64,000 bases of DNA, from the NCBI RefSeq assembly GCF_009914755.1, contig NC_060929.1; one strand, written 5' to 3'. Under the pieces are notes generated by a model. That model saw only the letters and a program-made list of their open reading frames with translations, had not been told where the DNA came from and made no database searches. Numbering within the stretch: position 1 is the first letter of the stretch; each line of letters starts with the position of its first letter. Positions 24,480 to 38,525 of the stretch are shown in pieces. This DNA is from the human T2T-CHM13v2.0 reference genome, Homo sapiens. The translations under genes and the position numbers were made by a program.

Positions 24480-26500
24480 ATACTTTCAAGATAGAAAGAC
24501 TCAATTTAGTAGAGATGTCAACTTCCCTAGTCTTTAATACATTACTCAACTTTCTAAAGACATTATTTTAACCAAAAATATGATTCATTCATATACAAGA
24601 ATAAATAAGCAATAATAGTCATGAAAATGGGGGATGATTATATAATTAAAACACATTATACAGCCATAGCAATTAAAATCATGCAGTAAGAGAATCAAAC
24701 TAGATCGACCAATCAATGGAACAGAACAGAAAGCCATGTGCCTATATATCCCTAGTTAGGGTGGCTATTCAAAATAGCAGAATTGACACCTACATTGTCC
24801 CTGGAGCTCCAGTCTGGAAGACATAATACCACACTCACTCCTTTAAATGCACCAGAGAAGCCCCTTTAAATTGATAGAGAAGGGTCTGAACTGAGGGGGA
24901 AGGAAAGGAGGGGACACTTAGAGCAGCAGATATTTACCAATCAGCATGGAAGCATTTTAAGATTTTAATAAGGGCTATAGTCATATTGTAAGTATCAGTG
25001 GAATATCTACCCTATATTTACTGATAATAAATGAGGCATTCTAAATCATTAAGAGAAAGTGAGCTTATTCAAAAATTGCCACTTAAATAAATGTTATTCA
25101 GAAAAAAATTGCTGTATCTAATTTATTTCTAAAAATAAATTATAGAAACACTAAAGAGGTTACATGTAAAAAGTGAAATCAACAAAGAACTAAAAGAAAA
25201 TATAGGTGAAGATTTATCTGACCCTAGAGTAAAGAAGACATTGTTAAGCACAAAGCAAAAGAAAGACTCTAAAACTGGAAATGATTAATAGACTTAAGTA
25301 TATTAAAATTGTACATCTCTGTAAAAAAAAATTTAAATTGAAGGGCAAACTGGAGGAAAATGTTTGAAAAATGTTTTTAAAAAATAGGTTCTCTAATGGT
25401 TTTTAAATATATCCACAAATTCTTCAAGAGGTGGAACTTCGTTTCTCTCTCCTGAATGTGGGCTAGAGTTAGTGACTTGCTCTTAACAAATAGAAGAAGA
25501 CAAAAAGTGCAATGTGTGACTTCCAAGACTAGGTCAAAAAGGCCTGTCAGTTTCCTGTTTGCTCTCTGTAGGCTCACTCAGTGTGGGAGAAGCTGGCTGC
25601 CATGTCATCAGGATACCCAATCAGCCCCGGAAAGGCCTTGTATCAAGAAACTGAGGCCTCAGGCCAATAGCCCTGTGAACGAACTACCTTGGAAACAGAT
25701 CTCCCAGCCCCAGTCGAGCCTTCAGATTGCTACATCTGACCTGAAATTCTTGTGAGACAATAAATGTTTATTTTTTGAAACCTAAATAAAAGCCCATAAG
25801 GGAAAAAAATAAGGGAGAAAATGAATAGGCAATTCACCAAAATATGCATATAAATGGCCAAAAACACAAAGAAAAATATTCGAGCTCAGTATTCAACCTC
25901 AGCAATAATCACAAAATATAAATACTATATTTCAGTTTACCAAGTTGGTACAAGTTTCTAAATGAGGTCCTTTGAGGACGCCAGTGAACTGCACTGTCTT
26001 AACACATAGTGAAAGTGTAAACAGTATAACCTTTTTGGAGGGCAATTTAGCCACATATATCAGAAGGCTTAAAAATGATCATCTCCTTCAATTCAAAGAT
26101 TACACTTTGAGGAATTAAGCTTAAAGGAAAAAAAAAATCATATTCAACCCAAAGATACACAAGGTGGCTCATTGCTGATTTTAACAATTGCAAAAAATTG
26201 AAAACTGACTACAGACTCTACAACAGAGTAAATAACTTATAGCCATAGGATGTAACGCTGTGCAACTATGTGTTTAAAAAATTATGAGATACACTATAAT
26301 ATTCACAATAAAAGAAAAAAGCAAGTCACAAAACAGCATAATCCAATTTTGTAAATACACAGTTCTGATATATACAGAGAAAATATTCTGAAAAAAATAC
26401 AGATGTTAAAAAGATGATTTTTCCAAATTTTTGGATAAAAGATAATTTTTTCTTTCCAGTCTGTATTCTTTTAAATTCTCTACAGAGAATGTAAGTTACT
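24480..26500 (+). mobile_element. Old L1M (L1ME-like) 3' region, fragmented
   Basis: ORF2-like 'cattatacagccatagcaattaaaa...gaccaatcaatggaacagaacagaaagcc', 'aaagaaaatataggtgaa' and 'acctttttggagggcaatttagc'. Confidence 0.7.
25390..25785 (+). mobile_element. ERVL-MaLR LTR (MLT1F/G/H group) inserted in the L1M
   Basis: 'ctgaatgtgggctagagttagtgacttgctcttaacaaatagaa..tgtgacttccaagactagg', 'ccagccccagtcgagccttcagat' and 'aataaatgttta'. Confidence 0.75.
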
Positions 26501-28639
26501 CTTTTAATTTATTTTCTAAAAAATAAAAATCATTTTAGGAACAAGAGATAAATTATGTGCTTACCACCTACCACTAAGTAAAACTCCGACCAGTGGAGGT
26601 CATTTCTATTTTCTCAATAATTATTTCTTTATCTAAGCTTCTGAGGGAAAGAGAGCGAATTTTTTTAGGAAGAGAGAAAAATGAAATTTTGAAATCCTAG
26701 AAAGTCTTATTCCAGATGAAACAGGGAAAGCTTGATACTTTTTGTATAAACCTGAGTGGTTAGTGGCACAAATGCATCAACCCCATTTGTTTACACCTTG
26801 CATCTGTGCCGATGCACAGGCCGATCAACCATCTTTCCATACAAACGCTGAAGGTTACCAATTGTCACAGATTTGGACTGCTATCGATGGCAGCACAGGA
26901 CTGTGTTTAAGTGATCTGATAAAGCCGGTGGCAGCTTGAGGGGCGGTATGCTTCCAAAATACGTAAACAACATTGTCAACAACTAGCCCATCCCATAAAT
27001 GTAGCCCCCTTCTCAGATGTTTTGAAAATAAAATAGGCATCTCTTGCTTACCTTCCTGTAGGCCCCAAACAAAACAAACAATCACATTAAACTCAGAGCT
27101 TCCAATTCAAAAGCCTTGGAAACCAAGCCAATAACATAATGAAGTGAAGCTGCCAAGAGGCTGGGGACCGAGGCAAGCAGAGGACCATATACCCCATCTA
27201 CAAGGCAACAACACCACAATGGCCAAACGAAACGCTTCCCCAAGCTCAATATGATCACAGTTGCCAGTTTGCAACTTTGACTCTGCACACTCCCTAGGAA
27301 GAGTTTCTAGAATCATGAAGTTTCTCAGTGCTATAAACCAGAGTGTCATTATAGAAAGCTTTGTTTTATCAGAGTACAACTTCTTATGTTCTATTCACTT
27401 TCCTCAGTTAACTAGCATTGCTTTCTGTACTGGGCTTATAAGAGAATGAAAGTAAATACTTTTTAAAGCCTACAAAGCCCATATAGGTACTTACAGTTCA
27501 GGGTGAAGAACAGTATATTAGAAGTCTGAGAGCAAGGTATAAATCTCGCCTGCGGGACTAAAAAGGTATAGGACTTCGAGCCATCTCTGCAGCCTCCCTT
27601 TCCACTTCTTTAAGGATGGGGTTTTATCAGATCGTGGGTAAGTTTCATACTGACTCAAAAGGCCCACAATTCTAAAATTTAGGAAAACAACTCAGTGACA
27701 CCCCAGAGTGAGTTCACATCTAGCCCAACCTCCTGTACCTCCTATAACACTGCCCTATAGACAGACCACTATTTACCAAAAAAGATGATGAAATCCTTTT
27801 CCACCAGCAAAGCTGAAAAAGCATAACAGATCACTCCATTTCCCTGGCATTCTGGCCAGTCAAGGTTTTACTACAATCACGTATCTCCTTAACTTCTTCG
27901 GTGGCTTATAGCTTATATTTTCACTTACAGACTGTGGAGGTCCAGGAATGAATGATATTCACTAAAGAATACTATCCTCAAATGTCTGTTCCACCACTAG
28001 CCAATTATGGTATCCCACCAGATCTGAATTTCTAAAGAAAGGTTCTCTACACACTAGAGTCTTAAAAATGTTCAGAGGTTTACCACAAAAAAAACAAACA
28101 TTTTCCAACAGATTTGCAATGATACTTTGCTATTAACTTTTACGGAATGACAGTACAGGTTCTTTGAAGGTTTCATCTCCTACATTGGATGACAGTAAGA
28201 ACATCTTCAGAACTGACCCCTACGACATGCCACAATTCAAGCTTAGAGAATACTCCGAAGTCCATGACAAAGGCTTCTCCCTCCAACTGAAAAAACAACT
28301 TTCCTACCTCTTCTACCAGTTATAGGCCTCTGCCTACACACAAAACATATCACAAAGCATGCAATGTAGAATCACAAATAGAACGACCCCAGGGATCCTG
28401 TGCTTTTAAAGGTGCTACTAGGGAAGCTGGTGGTCACCTGATCCCCTTTGTAACTTGGGTAGGAAAAAAACAAAGATATTAAATCGAAACATTTAAACAT
28501 GACATAAAAAGGCACCCATCCAGCTATTAATGAATGGCAGTATATAATGGAATATCTAACGAAAGAGTGTTGGAACATTTTCTCTGCACAATTTCTAGTG
28601 TAAATTCTTGTTGAGGTTTATTGCTTTGTTTCCTTCCTC

Positions 28640-29340
28640 CCACATTTATTGATTTCATTCTTGGAATCAGACATAGTACTTGGAAACAAAAATAGGAAGA
28701 CAATAATATCCTGCACCCTGCCCTCAAGGAGCTCGCTGCTGGGGATGGGGGGAGTTACATGGTAAACTGTTACCAGGCAGTGTGAAAAATGCTATGACGG
28801 AGAAAGAGTGCACACTTGTACCCTAAGTTGATGGGTCCAAGAAGGCCCCTTTGAGAAGTTAATGCTGAATTTAATCCTAAGGATAAGTCAGACACAGCCA
28901 GATGAAAGCTGAGGCAAGGAGAAAGCTAAGAAGAGTATACCAGTTATAGGGGAAAACAGGTGCAAAGACAAAAGCAAGCTCAGAGTTCACGGTGAGTGTG
29001 CATCAGTGCAAAGTGGTCCAATGTAAGGAGGGGAGTAGCAAGAAATGAAGCCAGGAAGGACACTGTACATAACTCTTAAAAGCTTGCACTTTCATCTCTG
29101 GGACAATGAGGAGCCAGGCTGTCCAAGTGGGAGCCACTTTAAAGCAGAAGAGTGATGTCAGAAGCATCAGAAAGATCATTCTAGCTGCCGTGTAGACAGC
29201 AAACCGAGTAGGGTTAAGACTGGAGGCCAGGAGATAGCTAAGAAGTTACTCTAGTAATCTGGATGAGAGATAATGGTGAATTCAACTCAGTCAGACAAGC
29301 AGAATAAAATGGAAAGGAGAGAACAAACATGGGAGCTGGT
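28640..29340 (-). mobile_element. L2 LINE
   Basis: 'cctgccctcaaggagctc', 'agaaagatcattctagctgccgtgtaga' and 'tggaggccaggaga'. Confidence 0.75.
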
Positions 29341-32300
29341 TAGAAGGACCCACAGGTATGGAGAAGCTCGAATTGATAATGACAGTCTGTTAGGGTCTCT
29401 GTAAGCACAGTATTCTCTACCTAAGGCTTCCCCAATCCCAGAAATATTATATGATCACCAAAGCCCAGGGAAATTCTCTGAGCTGAGCTTGGAAGGACCC
29501 AAAACACCAATATGTAATCCTTTGAGTTCCTTAAACAGGTAGAGGCCCACGTATAACCAAGTGCTCTAATTTTCATTTCTCTTGGTACAGTGTTTACTCC
29601 AGAGGAGCAACTTTCCATTTTTTACTTGACACATGATCTGACATCTGCCTACAAATAAAAAAATAATATGAATTTTCAAGTAGTGGAAATGCAACAAATC
29701 ATCAAGATGTGTAAGAATATATTTCACATTTGTCAAACAGATCTGACTTCAGTAAACAGAGATAGCTTAACATGTGATGCGTCAAACAAATAATCCAACG
29801 TGTTGAGATATTTGGTAACCAGACTAGAGATATCGTGTTGTTTGTTGAAAATGGCCCTGAACTATGAGTCAAAAACTTTACTTTTTAGCTCTGGTTGTCA
29901 CTAACTCGTTATGTAAGTTTTGTGCTCCCTTGCCTGGGAATAAGGGAGATAGAATAAAAGAGCTTCAAGGTTCTTTTCAACCCAGATTCTAGGATCCACC
30001 TCCATATTATACGGTGGTTTTCTAACTGTGTGGCCACAGGATCCATGTGGCATAAAAGCTCTTAGGTGGAGATTCAAATCTCCCATCCCCTTTGCTTTGA
30101 GCAGTCCCCTTACATCTTTTATACATATTGTTTGTTTAAAGAAAGGTTATTTGGGAAAAAAAATGCTTGCAAACTTGTGCTCAGTGGATTTGCCTATTTT
30201 CTGAAAGATCCCAATTGTACTTTCATTCCTAGGAAGATTAATATCATGCAGAAGTTTAAGCTTTAACAGAGAGTAGAGACTGCTCTGCAGCTTTGGATCT
30301 TTGCAATTGTTTTTGAAAATCCATACAGTTAAATCACGGTGATTCACTTATGCAAATTCTGCATTTATCCCAACCTCTAAGCCTTCTGTGGCATTTGAGT
30401 TTATAACAGCTTTTGTAAATGTTGATTTAAGATTTGGGATTAAAGAAGGAACACACCACCTGTCTTAAAGTTGACATAAATGTTATAAAATGGGATGCTA
30501 CACTTTTTCTAATCCTTGTCTCTAACCAGACCCATATGTAAATTTCACATAGTAGTATTTAGTAGCATAATTAATCCCTACTTTATGTTATGAGTAATAT
30601 TTCCTATTCCCGACCCTGTAACGTCCTTTAAGAAGATCCATGTTCCAATTAGACTAGCCCATCGGCACTCTTTTAATGAGCAGATTAATCATTCAGATGG
30701 GTACAACGGTGTCATCACAGGTTTTAAATATGATAATCTACATCCTAATGGTGCTGCAAAACCTTGGCTTAGAGCAAAAAAGGTAGACAAAATTGGTGAG
30801 GGTTTCATTTTGTTCTCTATCTGGGACAAGGTAGAACACAGGAAACCTTGAGTAAGGCAGAGGATCTGATTTGGGAAAGTAATCTTAATTCAGTTACACC
30901 AATTATTTCTAGAAGAAGTAACATTGGTTGCTTCCCTAAAACACACACTGGTATTTGTGACTCTTGGGAAAATGTTTTATATTTTCTTGTCCAAAGAGCT
31001 TTTCTTTTAGAACTTCACACCCAACTTTCCCTTCTAAGAAAGAGTATAGAAAGGGAACTTCCAAGTAACAGCGGTTTTAAAATAAAGTTAATTTTGATTA
31101 AGCCTGACCCATATTGACCAAAAGGTTCTGCCACACAGGTATGGAAGGAGAAAAAGAAAAAGTCCTTCCAATTTGATGATCACTTTTTCACATAGGGTTA
31201 TAAAAAGCTATTTATTTTTCTATGCCTTCATTTCCCCTCTCTACAAAAGCAGCATTACAGTCAAATCTCAGACAGCATCAATTCTCTGGGCAATAGATGG
31301 CAAAACCACTGAAAAATAGGCTCACAGAGAGAAATATCAATAAACTGGAATTGGCGATAAATGATTCACCCTGACAAAAAGTACACTCTTAGAAGGCAAT
31401 TAATAGACCCAAGAAACTCAAACCAAACACATATTCTTTTTCCTGTACCTCCTAGGGCTTTATCGTAACTACCCTGAAAGCAAGTTCCTTTTTGAATTCT
31501 TACACTGCTATCCAGCTTCCCCCATCTCAGTTAAACTTGTCCCCCCGAAAGACAGCCACCTGGCTTGGTACTGAAAACCAGGTCCAAATCACCTTTTTAG
31601 ACAAGCAAGTCCTGATTATATTTTTAATACAAAGAGCTGAAGGCCAATTCATCTGTATCTACAGCCAAGGGTTAGCTGCCAAGAAATCTCCAAAGAGAAC
31701 ATAGGCTTACTTAAGCAGATAGTGAAGGATAGTAATTTAGGGCAGATGTCAAGTATATGATAAAGGAACATAATGGGATGGTGCTGTTAATATGCTCAGG
31801 GTAACCCCAGGTTCATCAGAGGCATCTGTAATAACAACCCAAGTTTCTGGATCTACACAGATAAAAAAACCTTTTCAGGAAATAAGAGATTTGGGGGAAT
31901 GTACTTATAAGGGGGGTGGGGAAGGCTGCTCCATAGTGATAACTTCATCCCTTCCATTTAACAAATGCACAGGGAGCTCCCAGGAGTGCTGGGCACTGTA
32001 CATGCAGTAGTGCAGGAGAGATACAAATCCCCCTCAGATGATTTCATACAGCTCTGTTTCTGTTTTGAATTATAAGGTGAAAAATATTCTTATTTTGGAA
32101 AGGCTAAACTAAAATACAAGTTTCATTCTGGAACTATGGACCAGAATCAATATGTATCTTTACCGTAAAATGGAGCCCTTTTCTATGGAACACAAAAGAC
32201 GTCTTTATTACCATCAAGATGCTTGTTGTAGGATAAAGTTTCTCTTTAGTGCTACTCCCATACCCACCTTCCAGCCTTTCAATGCTTTCCCTATCAAAAC

Positions 32301-33819
32301 TGGCTCTTGAGATAATCTAAAACTCATCCATATACGTATCGAGTATATGTTTGGAAGAGGGCAGAGAGTTATGTAGTTGCTCAGAAGCCAAAGAATCAAT
32401 ATGGTAGGATTTCAGACAGCAGCAGGATTACGAAGAAAATTTTAGAGAGGGAAAGAACTGCGTGAGGTGGTTTTGGGGAATGGGGAAGTGGGGAGGGATT
32501 TCCTGTTTCAATATTCTAGATTTATCACTTTGGAAGTTTCTTTAAGGCACATGTTAGCCCTGCTTCTGAACACCCATGAAGTCACCACTGTGAGTAAACA
32601 TGAATTCAACTAGTTTCCCCCTAGGGCAATGATTCAGTCAAAACTACAAAAGGGCTGAAATTTCCCAAACTCAGAAATTTCAAAAAGTTGTGAATGAATT
32701 ACACATAGATGCTATTGAGAACAATGGCTTAGTATCTGTCCACAGGAAACATTTTGTAAATCTAGAAGACCTGTCTTGAAATGTGGGTTAAAATATGCAA
32801 CTCAAACATGCTTGTCTCCAGTAGGTTTAACTCATTCCCGTTAAGTACCACATCATGGAAAAACACATGTCAACAACTACAAATAATTGCAAAAAAAAAT
32901 TATAAATTAGTTCTAGATGTCTAAGTCAGTGCGATTCATTTAATGCTTCCACTGAGATCCCAGTCCAAGAAGAGTTAATCAAGCATAGCGGCTTCCTAAT
33001 CAGAACAGTGAACTAATGATCCTATTTCTGAGTAATACCAGTCAGATAAAGCTCTCAAAAGGTAGTTAACATCACTTTGGTGGAAAGGAATGACAAGTGC
33101 AAGTCCTGGTAGGGGTAATGCATCATTCATGCCCCCTCTCATTCTGACATTTTAACGTTATCTTGTTTTACTGTGTCGGCCTAACACTGCCACTGCCGGC
33201 AAATTAAACTGTGAACTTACAAAGTGGGTGGCAATAAATACAAATTATGAGAGTTCAAAAGATGTCCCTGGAGGTGCACTGCTAGACACAGAATGTCTCT
33301 TGTTTTTCTGTCACATAGCAATAGATGAGAGACAAAGTGGAACAGGCATTTTTGGAGACAGGAAAAAAGAGAAAGAATTAACTTGCTGCTGATGAAATAT
33401 CAGATAAAAATGAAGACAAAACACATACTTAAAAAATTGATTTGGGAAGAACATACCACTGAAAAAGAGAAGGGGCCTCAAAATGCTGTGTAAACATCAA
33501 AGGACTTATGATCAACTTGTCTTTTATGAAAACAACTTCAAAAATCATTTTTGAAATTGAACAGGGTATTTGTAAATTATCAACACTAATAGCTATGTAT
33601 TCCAAGTAAAATTTACAATGAGAAAATATGCATTGATGCCACAAAAATCTTGTTCCTTGTATAAAGTTGTGAAATGACATCTGAAGTCCCTAGCACCCCT
33701 CCCAGCCCAGAAAAAGTAAGAAAAAAAGAAAGGAAATTTGCTTCTTGTAAGTAATTCTGGATGTACCAACCTAGCCTGGATACCACTGAAAATACAAATA
33801 TCAAGAGTTTCTCAGGATT

Positions 33820-34114
33820 GGCTGAGCACGGTTGCTCACGCCTGTAATCCCAGCACTTTGGGAGGTTGAGGCAGGCAGATCACTTGAGGTCAGGAGTTCG
33901 AGACCAGCCTGGACAACATGGTAAAACCCCATCTCTACTAAACATACAAAAATTAGCCCAGCATGGTGGTGTGCACCTGTAATCTCAGCTACACAGGAGG
34001 TTGAGGTATGAGACTCACTTGAACCTGGGGGGCAGAGGTTTCAGTAAGCCAAAATTGCACCACTGTGCTCCAGCCTTGGGCAACAGAGCAAGACTCGGTC
34101 CCCCCAACCCAAAA
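33820..34114 (+). mobile_element. AluS (Sx/Sz-like) with degenerate tail
   Basis: Dimeric Alu 'gatcacttgaggtcaggagttcgagacc'. Confidence 0.95.
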
Positions 34115-34281
34115 GAAGTGCTCCTCAGGAAGCATTTGTAGGCTAAGAAAAGAGACTTTCAGGAATCTTAATTTCTGCAGCAATCCCATGTGCCTTCCTG
34201 GTCACAGCATCCTCAAGGGTCAATGGGCAAAGTCAAGGAGAAAAGAATAAAAATTAAAATGTCCCTAGAAAGACTGCTAGG

Positions 34282-34753
<472 letters not shown>

Positions 34754-37479
34754 TCAAATGCCTATAATGAAAATTGGAAACACACCCCAAACAAAAGAAA
34801 TCTGCCCCTTTTTAGGCACATGAAAAATGACAAACCTAACCCGTACTACAGCCAGGGATCAGATTTTTTAATATCACCTAACACTGAGACTTTTTTTGCT
34901 CTCAATTTGGTCAAGTTCCACTAATGAATCTTATAAAATATTTTATCTGCCTATTCCATGCCCACAAACCACTCACAGGAGACTTGGAAATCATCATTTC
35001 TTCCAGAGTGCAGATATCAGTTGGGCCATATGCAACAACGGTCTGTTTATTTTTCCCATAAACCACCGGTTTCATAGAAACTCATTAGCATCACCTGTGT
35101 TAATTACACTAGCAAACCAATCAACAGCTCCTTCTTAATTAGGTTTTCTTTATTAAAGCCGGAAATTGCCAAGGAGACAAAAGTCACCTGGGGAAATCAT
35201 GTGAAAAGGAGTGTTTATGCCAAATTACACACTAAAATAATAATAAAATAACCCAGTTTGTTTACAGGAAAAGGAAACAATATTAATATTCAAGGTCACT
35301 GGCACACTCCTTATTAATTATTCTCATTATATTACATTGTGATCATTTCTGCTTCAAGAGGGTTGGCTTATAGAAAGCCTTTGTACTCAAAGTTGACTCA
35401 CATCAGATTTTAATGGCTGCGGTCAGCGATTATGACTTTCTTATTCCATAAACACAAGCACCTACGGGTTAAAGCAGTTAAGACTAATTTCATGAGCTCA
35501 TGTCCCAACTGTAACTCAAAATCCTGTATGTCTGTTAGTAAACCTAGAAAGGCATATAAAAATCTACTATAAAAGGAAAAGATACACATGTGACTCTTGG
35601 AATTTGTAATTCTCCTAAAAGAGAAAGGAAAAAAGACTTCCAACCATATTCCTCTCACTTCCAAGTGCCTTTCAGCTGTAGGGAGGAGGAGTCATAGCAC
35701 TGAGACCACAAAAGTAGCTTTTAGAAGGAGATTCTTTCTCCAAGTTTAGCCTTACAGGGAGGTTCCCCTGGGACATTTAAACCAAGACTGGTCAAAGCAC
35801 TAGAAAGTAGATTGCAGGAGCTTCTGGTAGCATGGAGGTGAAGAGGGAGGGGCAATACCGGGTAACCTATTAGGCCTTTTCATCTTCAATTTACTATAAT
35901 GCTAAGTACATTTATCATGGACTCAAAATCTATCTTCGGAATAATGAAATCTGGGCACGCCCATCTGTAAAGTGGGGATAACAATGCTTAACCTGATTCT
36001 TGCAAGAAGAATGAGTTCATATTTAGAAAGCACGTGGATGATGAAAGTCACAGAGCGAGCGAGCATTGATCTGATTTCCATGGGTCTCGGAAAATAGCCT
36101 GTCCAGGGAGGCCCATGAATTCCGGCACTGTGTGGCCAGCCCAGTGAGTGATGGTAAAAAGTCAACTAGACTTGGAAGCTGGACCTTGAAGAAAAGCAAA
36201 TGGGGACTTTAAACAGGCAAACATAAACGAAATAACTTCCCGGCATCAAGGCCCTGGACCCAGCAGTACAGGCTGTCAGGGGACTGCCTTCTTGGAGTCG
36301 TGGTTGCTTTTGCTTCGGTTGCAGGACACCTCCCGCCCAGGTCAAGGCTGAAGAGGTTCCATGACTTTTCACTAAAAATCAGAGTGTTTGCCCCAAGATA
36401 CTGAGAACCTCTGTTTTCTAGAATAAATGCCATAGGAGGAAATTGTCAAGGAGATGACCAAAAGACCACAGGAAAAACATCACAAGCAGTCCCAAAGCAT
36501 GAAGAGGTCTAAATATAAGAAGATTTTTACTGTGGCCTCTAAAAAGCCCACAGAACCAACACGCCCATCCAGCACTGTCTTCAAGAGCTAAGCCTAGGGA
36601 GTGCTCTCCCTCACCTCCACCCTGGAAAAGTGCCGAGGACCTAAAGTCCATAACATTGAAATTGCTTCTTAGTGTTCAGAGATTAATATTAAAGATTCAT
36701 ACCAAAGACTATAGCCCTAATGCTAGAAAGGGAACCAGAAGAAGGACACTCATGTATGGGTAACAAAGCATTTGAATGTGAATAATAAACTATTTCTTCC
36801 TCTTCATCATTTTGCAAATTGCCACAATGAATTTTAACCTTCCTTTTGGAGAACACACTGGGTTCTCTAGAGAATGAAACTTCAGCTTACACAAAAGCCA
36901 AGGTGTCCGTGCTGATTGTCCATGAAGGGCTGATGACCTTTGTGGGAAGGTGCTCATCCTGACAGGCCATTGTCTTTCCTGCCCACCTCAATCTGTGTCC
37001 CCAGCTGCTCTTTTTCCCTCCCTGCTCTTCCATCTACCCAGCTGGATGCCCTGTCACTCAGCCCTCAGCTGACTTTATTTCAGTCACCTGCCCATATTAC
37101 CCACGTACTGTCTCGTATATTTAGGTACACAGTTGTCACATAAACATAGATGGTTTCGTGGAAACTGAGTTTGCAATAGGGTTGTCAAAGCGGATAGATG
37201 TTTAATAAGTACAATGGATCTGTTCCCAAAATGCATCTTTATGAATCATGATCGGCTTAGCCATCCTGTTAGTGGAACTGACCCAGAAGCCATTCTAAAA
37301 ACATCAAATCACTAGTTGTAGTGGTCTTAAGGTTTCACTCAGGAAATGTCAGATGACCTGGAATACCCAAAGCCTGTTGTTGGAAACGCTTCCCTTTAGT
37401 TTAAGGCTTCTTGGCTTAACGCTAATGACTAGGTGGATATCTTCTTCATTGCTTGGAAACCTTCTTCTCATCTATTTGT

Positions 37480-38050
37480 CCTCCACTTTCGATGGCTTCC
37501 GATCTCACTCAGAGTAAAAGCCCAGGACCTCCATAGCGCCCACGGGGCCCAAGAAATGGCCCCAGGATGCCTTGGGCAGCGCCACCTGCTACTTTCTTGC
37601 ATGCACGTTCTGCTCCTCCCCACTGGCCTCCATAGCCTTCCTCAAACCTGTCAGGCACACTCCCTGCAGGGCCTCACACTGCCTTTCCTGCCCTGTGTTT
37701 GCTTCCCCTAGCTATCCGCAAGGCTCTGTCCCTCTGCTCCTTCAGGTCTTGGCTCAAAAGCCAACCTATCAGTGAGGCTTTTTCTAGTTACTGTATTTAA
37801 AATGACAACTTCAGCCCCTCCCCAAATATTTCTTCACCCTATTTCCCAAACTATTTTCCTTGCAGAATTCATCACCATTTGACGTACTGGATATTTTACT
37901 GGTTTGTGTGTTGATTGTCTGTCTCCCTGCCCTAGAACGTAAGCTCCATGAGGGCAGGGATTTTTTCACTCTTTTATTTGTGCTAATCCCCATTGCTAAG
38001 ATCAGTGCCTGGATCTTGAAAGGTACTCAGTAAATACTTGTTGAAAGAAG
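37480..38050 (+). mobile_element. L2a-like LINE 3' part
   Basis: 'atggcttcc..tcactcagagtaaaagccc...ctagaacgtaagctccatgagggcagggat...tactcagtaaatacttgttgaa'. Confidence 0.85.
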
Positions 38051-38199
38051 GGAAGGGGAGGAGAGGGAAGGATATTTCCACCCTCTTGATGCACCTTTTT
38101 ATTTCTCCTCTTTCTAGCCTTTTCTCTCTTCATCCCCTATTTCCCTCTCTAGAACATTCTTCACACTCTCCTACCCCAATCCCACCCCTTCACCTACAT

Positions 38200-38525
38200 G
38201 ACTTCCATTCTTCTTTCACCACTTTCTCAGAGGTTTCCCTCACCTTCCTAACCAGCTCAAACCAACACACACACACACACACACACCTGCTGCCTTCATT
38301 AGATAGGACCAGCAAATCAGCCAGATATTTGGCGTCCTCCCTTTTGTAAACTTATCACATTACAGATTTCACATTCAGGTGTGTGAATTTTAAATTTAAT
38401 GTCTGAGCTCCAGAACCCCCAATCTCAGTAACTATAAGTTCCATGGGAGCAGGACCCTATTATCATTATACCCCCAAGTAACTAGCACACAGAAGGCATG
38501 CAATAAATATTTCTTGGTTGAATGA
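38200..38525 (+). mobile_element. L2 3' fragment with (CA)n at 38265-38286
   Basis: 'actataagttccatgggagcaggacc...gcacacagaaggcatgcaataaatatttcttggttgaatga'. Confidence 0.6.

Noticed and set aside
27052-27055. 4-nt minus-strand microexon (cctacag|GAAG|gtaagc)
   Set aside because: GGGG interrupts the pyrimidine tract and the exon is frame-shifting; such patterns are expected by chance in 64 kb.
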